IMG/VR virus record: IMGVR_UViG_3300027833_002114
Location: 4,543-68,542 of that record
DNA from: a virus
DNA: 64,000 nt
Reading direction: 5' to 3' (one strand)
Shown here: piece by piece, positions 18,736 to 29,036 of the stretch
Layout: each line of letters opens with the position of its first letter
How positions within the stretch are numbered: the first letter of the stretch is position 1
Notes under the pieces: model-generated
Database searches by the model: none
The model's input: the letters and a program-made list of their open reading frames with translations, nothing else
What the model was told of the DNA's origin: nothing
Made by a program: the position numbers and the translations under genes

Positions 18736-21252
18736 TTGTATCAAAACATTTATTACCAACGAGAAAGAAATTTAATCCATCTTTGGGATGACCAAAGAGG
18801 ATATTCTGCATTTCCATACACACGATATGCTTATGAACCTGCACAAAGAGGTGAGTATAAATCTATTTATGGAGATAGTTTATCCAAAATTTATAAGTTT
18901 AAGAAAGATGACCCAAATTTATTTGAGTCAGATGTACCTGAAACTACACGAGCATTAGTAGATATGTATTCAGATAAAGATGATATATCAGACGGTCATG
19001 TTATCTTAACATATGATATTGAGTGTGAAATGATAAGTGGATTACCAGACCCACTAGAAGCTAAGAATGAATTAACTTCAATTGCACTTCACGATTCTGC
19101 AACAGACCAGTATTGGGTATTGGTTGTTGATAAGGAAGGTGGTATGAAAGAAAAGACTACTGATAAGTGTATCGTATTCCCATTCCAAGATGAACGAGAT
19201 ATGTTAGCTAAGTATTTGGAGTTATATGAGATGATTAATCCCTCAATCGTTACCGGTTGGAATATTGATTTCTTTGATACACCAATGTTATATAATCGTA
19301 TAAAACGATTAATGGGAGAAAAACAAGCAAATAGATTATCACCAATCGGACAATGTTTCTGGTCACCTTATCGTAAAAGATACTTTATGGCAGGTGTATC
19401 TTATTTAGATTACATTACACTTTATAAGAATTACAATTATGGTGAACTACCAAACTATCGATTGGATAGTGTTGCACAAAAAGAATTGGGTAGAGGAAAG
19501 ATTGAGTATGATGGAAACTTGGACCAATTATTTAGAGATGATATTGAAAAGTTTATCGAATATAACTTAGTAGATGTTGAGTTAGTAGTTGAGTTTGATA
19601 AAAAACTTCAGTTCATCGATTTGTGTAGAGGTATCTGTCATGCGGGACACGTTCCATATGAAGATTTCGTTTACTCATCAAAGTATCTTGAAGGAGCAAT
19701 GTTAACTTATCTTAGAAGAAAGGGATTGGTTGCACCAAACAAACCAGCAGATAGGCAAGAACGAATGCAAGAAATTCGTGATAATAATCAAGAGAAATTT
19801 ATTGGAGCATATGTAAAAGCTCCAATTGTTGGAAAATATGATTGGATATATGATTTAGATTTAACATCTCTATATCCTTCTATTATTATGACCCTCAACA
19901 TTTCACCCGAATCAAAGATTGGTAAGATTCAAGATTGGGATGCAAATAAATTTGTTAAAGGGGAAGTTGATACTTATTATATCGGAGATAATACCATATC
20001 TAAAGAAAATTTAAGAAAGTATTTAGATGATTCCAAATTCTCAGTTGCATCGAATGGTGTACTTTACCGAACCGATACCGTTGGTTGTATACCTGGTATT
20101 CTTGACTTGTGGTTTCAAAAACGAGTTGAGTATAAAAATGAAATGAAAAAATATGGGAAAGCAGGAGATGATGAAAAATATGCCTTCTATCACAAACGTC
20201 AGTTGGTTCAGAAAATTTTACTTAACTCTTTATATGGTGTGCTTGGGCTTCCTGCCTTTCGGTTCTATGATGTTGATAATGCTACCGCTGTTACCACGAC
20301 AGGACAGACAGTTATTAAATCAACTGCGGATATGGCTAACATCAAGTACAACAAGGAGCTTAATACTCCTGATTTGGATTCTAACATATACATCGATACT
20401 GATTCTGTATTCTTCTCAGCAGTTCCTTTAATGGATAAACGATTTCCTAATTGGAAAGATGAAGAACAAGATACAATTGCTGGTTATGTAAATGATATTG
20501 CAGAAGAGATGCAAGATTACCTTAATGATTTCTATGATATACTTTCAACAAAGGTTTTAAATGTTGATAAAGATAAACACAGATTAGAGATTAAGAAGGA
20601 GTATGTTGCAAAAGCAGGATTGTGGGTAGCAAAGAAACGATATGCACAATGGATTATATCAGATAATGGTGTACCAGTAGATAAGTTAGATGTAAAAGGA
20701 TTAGATGTAAAACGTTCATCATTCCCAAAAGCATTCCAAGAATGTATGGGTACAGTTCTTATTGATATTCTAAAAGGTAAAACCGAAGAAGAGATTTCAG
20801 ATTATGTTTTAGATTTCAAAAAGAATATGGTAAATAGACCTACATCCGAGATTGCAAAGAACTCAGCAGTAAAGAATCTTAAAAAATATATGCCGAAAGG
20901 TAAAAGAGAACGATTCTCTATGATGAAAGGAACACCTGCTCATGTTAAAGCAGCAATTCTATATAATGATTGTTTAAAACATTTCAATGCTCCTTTCAAT
21001 TATGAACCATTAAAAAATGGTGATAAAGTTAAGTGGGTATATCTTAAAGATAATCCATTGGGAATTGATGGTTTAGCATTCACAGGTTATAAAGACCCAC
21101 CAGAGATTGAGAAGTTTTTAGCTACTTACATTGACCACAACAAAATCTTCGAAAGAGAACTAGGACATAAACTACAAGTTTTCTTTGATGCAGTTGGTTG
21201 GGGTGAAGTAATAAGTGAACAAAGAACTGCTGAAAAATTCTTCAGTTTTTAG
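18736..21252 (+). CDS. polB: Family B DNA polymerase (T4 gp43-like)
   Basis: Exo YDIE, GWNIDFFD, YNLVD; pol DLTSLYPSII, KILLNSLYG, YIDTDS, KKRY. Confidence 0.97.
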   Translation: MYQNIYYQRERNLIHLWDDQRGYSAFPYTRYAYEPAQRGEYKSIYGDSLSKIYKFKKDDPNLFESDVPETTRALVDMYSDKDDISDGHVILTYDIECEMISGLPDPLEAKNELTSIALHDSATDQYWVLVVDKEGGMKEKTTDKCIVFPFQDERDMLAKYLELYEMINPSIVTGWNIDFFDTPMLYNRIKRLMGEKQANRLSPIGQCFWSPYRKRYFMAGVSYLDYITLYKNYNYGELPNYRLDSVAQKELGRGKIEYDGNLDQLFRDDIEKFIEYNLVDVELVVEFDKKLQFIDLCRGICHAGHVPYEDFVYSSKYLEGAMLTYLRRKGLVAPNKPADRQERMQEIRDNNQEKFIGAYVKAPIVGKYDWIYDLDLTSLYPSIIMTLNISPESKIGKIQDWDANKFVKGEVDTYYIGDNTISKENLRKYLDDSKFSVASNGVLYRTDTVGCIPGILDLWFQKRVEYKNEMKKYGKAGDDEKYAFYHKRQLVQKILLNSLYGVLGLPAFRFYDVDNATAVTTTGQTVIKSTADMANIKYNKELNTPDLDSNIYIDTDSVFFSAVPLMDKRFPNWKDEEQDTIAGYVNDIAEEMQDYLNDFYDILSTKVLNVDKDKHRLEIKKEYVAKAGLWVAKKRYAQWIISDNGVPVDKLDVKGLDVKRSSFPKAFQECMGTVLIDILKGKTEEEISDYVLDFKKNMVNRPTSEIAKNSAVKNLKKYMPKGKRERFSMMKGTPAHVKAAILYNDCLKHFNAPFNYEPLKNGDKVKWVYLKDNPLGIDGLAFTGYKDPPEIEKFLATYIDHNKIFERELGHKLQVFFDAVGWGEVISEQRTAEKFFSF

Positions 21253-21253
21253 T

Positions 21254-21298
21254 AACATGACAATTTGTCATGTTTAAGTAAAATGGTATAATAAATGA
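21254..21298 (+). promoter_or_regulatory. Palindromic operator plus sigma54-like -24/-12 element upstream of the groEL unit
   Basis: AACATGACAA-T-TTGTCATGTT (21254-21274); TGGTAT-N5-ATGA (21284-21298). Confidence 0.55.
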
Positions 21299-21323
21299 AC
21301 TATAATATAATAAATTAAAATAA

Positions 21324-23329
<2,006 letters not shown>

Positions 23330-23345
23330 AATAAATACGAAAAAG

Positions 23346-23382
23346 TTTGGTAGTATCAAATAAATTTCGTATATTTGTACAA
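23346..23382 (+). promoter_or_regulatory. Bacteroidota sigmaA-type promoter
   Basis: TTTGGTAG...TTTCGTATATTTGTAC. Confidence 0.8.
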
Positions 23383-23407
23383 ATAATAAATTATAATTAA
23401 GTAAACA

Positions 23408-24121
23408 ATGGAAAAACAATCATTAAGCAGGTTCGTATCAAAGTACAACCTATCAGGTCTAGTAGAATCTGTAAAGTGGGAATCAAAAGATGGTTCTCTA
23501 ACTACTTCTTTCATCTCTGATGATAAATCAGTTTTAGGAAGTGTAAGTATGAAAGAGTTTGATAGTTCAGATGCATCATTTGGTGTATATGATACAACCA
23601 AACTAACAAAGATGTTATCGGTTCTCGGTAACGATGTAGATTTCTCAATGAATGATATTGATGGGAAACCAGTATCTTTGAAATTCAAAGATAAATCAAC
23701 ATCTGTAAATTATATGTTAGCTGATTTATCAGTTATCCCTAATGTACCAGATTTGAAACAATTACCAGATTTTAATGTAGAAATTAAATTGGATTCAAGT
23801 TTCATCTCTACGTTCATTAAAGCAAAGGGTGCATTGCAAGATGAGAACAATTTTACATTTACTTGTAAAGAAGGTAATGGTCAGATTATCTTAGGATATT
23901 CTAATATTAACACAAACAGAATTAATATTGATGTTGATTGTGTATGTGAAGGTGATGTAGACCCAATTTCATTTTCTGCAACATACCTAAAAGAGATATT
24001 AGTTGCAAACAAAGAAGCAACTGATGCAACTTTAAAGATTTCTTCTCAAGGATTAGCCCACATTTCCTTTTCAATTGACAATTATGAATCAAATTACTTT
24101 CTTGTAGAAATTCAATCTTAA
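23408..24121 (+). CDS. Sliding clamp (gp45/PCNA-like)
   Basis: 237 aa; FGVYDTTKL..MLS, YMLAD, LKISSQGLAHISF, C-terminal YFLV; replication context. Confidence 0.75.
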   Translation: MEKQSLSRFVSKYNLSGLVESVKWESKDGSLTTSFISDDKSVLGSVSMKEFDSSDASFGVYDTTKLTKMLSVLGNDVDFSMNDIDGKPVSLKFKDKSTSVNYMLADLSVIPNVPDLKQLPDFNVEIKLDSSFISTFIKAKGALQDENNFTFTCKEGNGQIILGYSNINTNRINIDVDCVCEGDVDPISFSATYLKEILVANKEATDATLKISSQGLAHISFSIDNYESNYFLVEIQS

Positions 24122-25773
24122 TGAGCACTAAATATTTTTACGAACAAAGTAAATTTTCTGAGTTCAAATCTAAAAAAACTTACCATGAGTTACTTGATAT
24201 GACTGATGGTGAGTTTGAGGATTGGGCAAGGTTAATCCGTAAGGAGATTGTCGATGCGTGGGATATTGATGGGCAACCTCCTGTTAAAGGAAAAACAGAA
24301 GAACAAATTATCAGCCATTTTGGTAAATTGAAAAAAGATGAATGTAATTTCTTTATTAAAGATGATGAAGATAAAGAATCATTGGGGATTATAAAAAACT
24401 TTAATAAAAGTCAAAGTGTAGTAAATCAGTTTTTTCCAACAATGTTGAAAACTAGAATTTCTATTGGTGAATCAGCTGATGGCGGAACATCAATTTATGA
24501 TTATTTTGCAGAAGATAGTTTAGAAGGTGGTTTCATTAAAACAATGGCAAGAGCGGTTAAGAGAGATTCCATGTATGCATGGTGTCGTTCATTAACAACT
24601 GTTAAAGATGAGAATCCTTTTTGGAATGGACAAACACCATATAAGTTCGTAAAGGATGTATATGATGGTAAGATATTCAAAGGCAAGTGGGAAAACTATG
24701 ATATTGTACTTCACAGAACAACTGAAGCTTCTATTAGAAAATACGGACCTTTAAATGAAACTAAACAAACGTATGGAACAATCCTATTCTTAACTGGTAA
24801 ACAAGTAAGAAGATTAGTAAAAGAAGGATTTCTAAACAAACGTCAGATTTCAAATATTGGTGATATACCTAATTCAAAAACTTTAAAAAATGGTAAAGTT
24901 GTTAACTATGTTTACAATGTAAGGTGGTATGAAAAATCAGATGGTATTTTCCCTAAGATTATACAAGCATTTAGATTAGGTTTAGGACAACCTGCTGTAA
25001 ACTTTCCTGCATTAACTGCAAAATGGATTTACGAAAACTATACTAATCATATTGAACAAGAAGAACCATTACATATTTATGATTCATCGAGTGGTTGGGG
25101 TGGTAGAATTGCAGGAGCAATGAGTAGTAGAAAGAAAGTTCACTACGTTGGTACAGACCCTAATCCAGATAACTTTATTGATGATTTGGGTATTTCTCGA
25201 TATGAATACATGGCAAAGTTCTATAATGATAAAGTAGTTGATACTCATTCAGAAGCAATGAGTAACTTCTTTACAGTAGAAAAGCAAGGTAACACCTATG
25301 AGTTATTTCAAGATGGTTCAGAGTTAATTAAAAACAATCCTGAGTTCCAAAAGTATAAAGGTAAATTAGATATTTCATTTACTTCACCTCCTTACTTTAA
25401 TAGAGAACAATATTCACAAGATGAGAACCAATCGTTCAAAGCTTATGGTGAGTATGATGATTGGAGAGATAACTTTTTAAGACCTACTCTTACAACAATC
25501 TATGAATATCTTAAAAACGATAGGTATATCCTATGGAATATTGCTGATATCAAAATTGGTAAATCAATTTACTTTCCACTAGAACAAGATTCGATTGATA
25601 TTCTTCAATCACTTGGTGGTGAATATAAAGGTAAACTTAAGATGACAATGGCAGCAATGATTGGTGCAAATGTAAACAAACGAGAATCAATTGAAACAGG
25701 TATGAAAAACTTAGTACAAGTTGGAACTACTTGGTACAAATATGAACCTATATTCGTATTTCATAAAAAGTAA
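24121..25773 (+). CDS. Large DNA amino-methyltransferase-like protein, paralog A
   Basis: YDSSSGWGGR, YVGTDPN, FTSPPYFNRE.YS, WNIAD, EPIFVF. Confidence 0.82.
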   Translation: MSTKYFYEQSKFSEFKSKKTYHELLDMTDGEFEDWARLIRKEIVDAWDIDGQPPVKGKTEEQIISHFGKLKKDECNFFIKDDEDKESLGIIKNFNKSQSVVNQFFPTMLKTRISIGESADGGTSIYDYFAEDSLEGGFIKTMARAVKRDSMYAWCRSLTTVKDENPFWNGQTPYKFVKDVYDGKIFKGKWENYDIVLHRTTEASIRKYGPLNETKQTYGTILFLTGKQVRRLVKEGFLNKRQISNIGDIPNSKTLKNGKVVNYVYNVRWYEKSDGIFPKIIQAFRLGLGQPAVNFPALTAKWIYENYTNHIEQEEPLHIYDSSSGWGGRIAGAMSSRKKVHYVGTDPNPDNFIDDLGISRYEYMAKFYNDKVVDTHSEAMSNFFTVEKQGNTYELFQDGSELIKNNPEFQKYKGKLDISFTSPPYFNREQYSQDENQSFKAYGEYDDWRDNFLRPTLTTIYEYLKNDRYILWNIADIKIGKSIYFPLEQDSIDILQSLGGEYKGKLKMTMAAMIGANVNKRESIETGMKNLVQVGTTWYKYEPIFVFHKK

Positions 25774-25776
25774 TTA

Positions 25777-27405
25777 ATGCATTATTACCAACGAAATAAA
25801 TTTGTAGATTTTAAATCAAATATTCTTTTCCATGAATTACTTGATACTAGTGATTCCGAATTCGAAGATTGGGCAAAGACTTTGCGTAAAGAAGTTACTG
25901 AACAATGGGATGAGTTCGGAAATCCACCTGTTATCGGAAAAAATCATGATAAGATTATTACATCACTTGGTAAATTAAAATCAAATGATTGTGATTTTAT
26001 TGAAAAAGATTTAAGTGGTGATGATGAATCATTAGGTATCATTAAAAACTTTAACAAAGATGCATCTGTTGTAAATCAGTTCTTTCCTACAATGTTGAAA
26101 ACTAAAATATCAAGTGGAAAAACTGCTGAAGGTGGTTTATCTATTTATGATTATTTTGGTGACCCTACAATGGAAGAGCAGTTTATTAAGATAATGAAGA
26201 GAGCAGTACGAAGAGATTCTATGTATGTTTGGTCTCGCTCACTTGTTAATAAAAAAGATGAGAATCCTTTTTGGAATGGTCAGAGTGGATACGAATTTAT
26301 CAAAGATGTTAAAGATGGAAAAGTATTCACAGGTAAATGGGAAAACTACGATATCTATTTAACGAAATCAAAAGATAGTACATTTGATAACTACGGAACA
26401 TTTAATGATGAGTATGTTGGGTTTACAAACATATATCTAACATCAGATGAAGTAAATGAATTAGTAGATAATGATTACTTAAATTCAAGACAAGTTTCTA
26501 ACATAAATAAAATAGAAGAATCTTCAACATCTAAAGTGGGGAAGGTAACGAAATATTCTTATATGGTTAGATGGTATGATAAAACTGAAGGATTATTTCC
26601 TAATATGTTAAGAGTAATACGTTTAAGTTGTGGACAAGCAGCTGTAAACTTTCCTTCATTAACTGCAAAGTGGATTTATGAAAATTATACTAATCATATT
26701 GATTCAACTGAACCTATAACTGTTTATGATTCATCTAGTGGATGGGGTGGTAGAATTATAGGTGCAATGAGTTCTCGTAAGAAAATTCATTATGTTGGTA
26801 CAGACCCTAATCCTGATAACTTCTTAGATAATGAAGGAATTTCTCGTTATGAGTATGTAGCAGATTTTTACAACAAGAATTGTATAGATAATCATTCGGA
26901 TAAACTTACATCATTCTTTGATGTTGAAACACAATCTAATACATATGAACTCTTTCAAGATGGTTCAGAGTTAATTAAAAACAATCCTGAGTTTCAGAAG
27001 TATAAAGGTAAAGTTGATATATCATTTACATCACCACCATATTTTAATAGAGAACAATATTCACAAGATGAAAAGCAGTCTTTCAAAGCATATTCTGAGT
27101 ACGAAGATTGGAGAGATAATTTCTTAAAACCAACCTTAAAAACAATTTACGAATACTTAAATAAAGATAGATATATTTTGTGGAATATTGCAGATATTAA
27201 AATAGGTGAAAGTACTTACTATCCATTGGAACAAGATTCAATTGATATATTAAATCAACTTGGGTGTGAGTATAAAGGAAAGCTTAAAATGTTAATGACA
27301 CGAATGGTTGGATTAGACCCTTCCAAGAGTGGAATTAAAAACGCAGTAAAACATAATGGGAAATCATATAAATTTGAACCTATATTCGTATTCCATAAAA
27401 AATAA
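25777..27405 (+). CDS. Large DNA amino-methyltransferase-like protein, paralog B
   Basis: Same motifs as 24121..25773; tandem duplicate. Confidence 0.82.
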   Translation: MHYYQRNKFVDFKSNILFHELLDTSDSEFEDWAKTLRKEVTEQWDEFGNPPVIGKNHDKIITSLGKLKSNDCDFIEKDLSGDDESLGIIKNFNKDASVVNQFFPTMLKTKISSGKTAEGGLSIYDYFGDPTMEEQFIKIMKRAVRRDSMYVWSRSLVNKKDENPFWNGQSGYEFIKDVKDGKVFTGKWENYDIYLTKSKDSTFDNYGTFNDEYVGFTNIYLTSDEVNELVDNDYLNSRQVSNINKIEESSTSKVGKVTKYSYMVRWYDKTEGLFPNMLRVIRLSCGQAAVNFPSLTAKWIYENYTNHIDSTEPITVYDSSSGWGGRIIGAMSSRKKIHYVGTDPNPDNFLDNEGISRYEYVADFYNKNCIDNHSDKLTSFFDVETQSNTYELFQDGSELIKNNPEFQKYKGKVDISFTSPPYFNREQYSQDEKQSFKAYSEYEDWRDNFLKPTLKTIYEYLNKDRYILWNIADIKIGESTYYPLEQDSIDILNQLGCEYKGKLKMLMTRMVGLDPSKSGIKNAVKHNGKSYKFEPIFVFHKK

Positions 27406-27411
27406 CAAAAT

Positions 27412-27633
27412 ATGACTAAAGCAGAAATAGTACAGGAGTTACTAGATAAAGGACATATTACCGCTGAAAAAGCAGTAGTATTGTTAACTAATGAAACTTC
27501 GAGGGGTGGTATTACTTATATACCATATCAACCAAATCCATATTGGCAAACCGAACCCAATATTCCAAATCAACCTTGGTACACAACAACAAATACATTT
27601 GAAAATAATATAAATAAAAAAGAAGATGAGTAA
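27412..27633 (+). CDS. Hypothetical protein with a Pro/aromatic-rich tail
   Basis: ELLDKGHITAEKAVVLL; overlaps the groES start. Confidence 0.65.
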   Translation: MTKAEIVQELLDKGHITAEKAVVLLTNETSRGGITYIPYQPNPYWQTEPNIPNQPWYTTTNTFENNINKKEDE

Positions 27634-27928
27634 TTTTAAACCATTAGGTGATAGAATTTTGGTAAGACCTGATTCTAAAAACGAAGAAAAGAAATCAAAA
27701 GGAGGATTAATCCTTACTGATTCCATCTCAAGGGGAACTAAAGTTTATGGAGAAGTAGTATCAGTTGGTACTGGTCTTTTCTCACAAACTGGAACTAAAA
27801 TCCCAATAACAGTTAGTGTGGGTGATAAGGTATTATATACCAAACAAGAAGCTTCTAATACTATAAAAGTAGATGGTGAAGAACTTCTTATTTTTCACGA
27901 ACATGAACTTTTAGGTTTTATTCAATGA
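27626..27928 (+). CDS. groES: Co-chaperonin GroES
   Basis: FKPLGDRILV, KSKGGLIL, GEVVSVGTG, VSVGDKVLY. Confidence 0.93.
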   Translation: MSNFKPLGDRILVRPDSKNEEKKSKGGLILTDSISRGTKVYGEVVSVGTGLFSQTGTKIPITVSVGDKVLYTKQEASNTIKVDGEELLIFHEHELLGFIQ

Positions 27929-28995
27929 GAAACTCTCTAACATACGATGATATTCAGTTAGTACCTCAGTACTCTACTGTTCCCTCTCGTACTCAAATTG
28001 ACTTAAAAACACTTGTATCTCGTAGATATGGTATTTTAAATCCAATTGTAGCATCTCCGATGGATACAGTTTGTGGATTAGAAATGGCTTACAAGATATT
28101 TTTACTCGGTGGAGTGGGTTGTATCCACCGTTTCAATTCAATAGAAGAACAATCCAAAATAATCAAAGAACTATATCACAGAATTTATTCCGATGAATGG
28201 GGAAATCAATTTGAATCATGGGGAGTCATGATTGATAATTGGCATTCAGAAATTCCTCATGTTCCAATTATGGCATCCATTGGAGTAAGTGAAAGTGATA
28301 AAGATAGAGCAAAATCTTTAGTAGATAATGGTTGTAACATTATCGTTATTGATGTAGCTCATGGACACCACAAAAACGTTGAAACAATGTTGGGATGGTT
28401 GAAAAGTAACCTTGATGACAAAGTAGACATTATCGCTGGTAATATCGCAACCAAAGAAGCAGCTCAAGAATTAGAATCTTGGGGAGCAGATGGGTTGAGA
28501 GTCGGTATTGGTGGAGGTTCACTTTGTACAACAAGAGTTAAGACAGGATTCGGAGTACCGAATGTAAGTTGTTTAGAAGATATAGTATCTGTTGCGAAAA
28601 CACCCGTTATGGCTGATGGAGGTATTCGTTCAAGTGGTGATATATCAAAAGCTCTTGCAATTGGAGCGAGTTCTGTTATGTTGGGTTCTCTAATCGCTGG
28701 TACTGATGAAGCACCAGGTCAGATTGTTGAAACTCAAAAAGGTCTTTATAAGAGATATAGAGGTTCTGCATCGTTAGAAACGAAAGTAACACATGGTCAA
28801 AAGGCTAGAAATGTAGAAGGTGAATCTACAACCATTCCCTACAAGGGCGGAGTTAAGTTCATAGTGAATGGGTTAATTGATGGAGTAAAATCGGCACTCT
28901 CTTATGGAGGTGCTCAAACATTAGAAGATTTTAATCCACCTTATGTACAGGTTACAAATTCGGGTATTAATGAAGCAAAACCACATTTATTATAA
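27925..28995 (+). CDS. IMP dehydrogenase / GMP reductase family enzyme lacking CBS domains
   Basis: LTYDDIQLVP, SPMDTV, IDVAHGH, GIGGGSLCTTR, ADGGI, VMLGS, YRGSAS. Confidence 0.9.
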   Translation: MRNSLTYDDIQLVPQYSTVPSRTQIDLKTLVSRRYGILNPIVASPMDTVCGLEMAYKIFLLGGVGCIHRFNSIEEQSKIIKELYHRIYSDEWGNQFESWGVMIDNWHSEIPHVPIMASIGVSESDKDRAKSLVDNGCNIIVIDVAHGHHKNVETMLGWLKSNLDDKVDIIAGNIATKEAAQELESWGADGLRVGIGGGSLCTTRVKTGFGVPNVSCLEDIVSVAKTPVMADGGIRSSGDISKALAIGASSVMLGSLIAGTDEAPGQIVETQKGLYKRYRGSASLETKVTHGQKARNVEGESTTIPYKGGVKFIVNGLIDGVKSALSYGGAQTLEDFNPPYVQVTNSGINEAKPHLL

Positions 28996-29036
28996 AGACA
29001 AGGTTATACAATTTAATTAAATTAAAAACAATTATT

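Noticed and set aside
3912-21252. Inteins or introns in recA, helicase, nrdA/B or polB
   Set aside because: Lengths and motif spacing are normal, with no splicing or LAGLIDADG motifs
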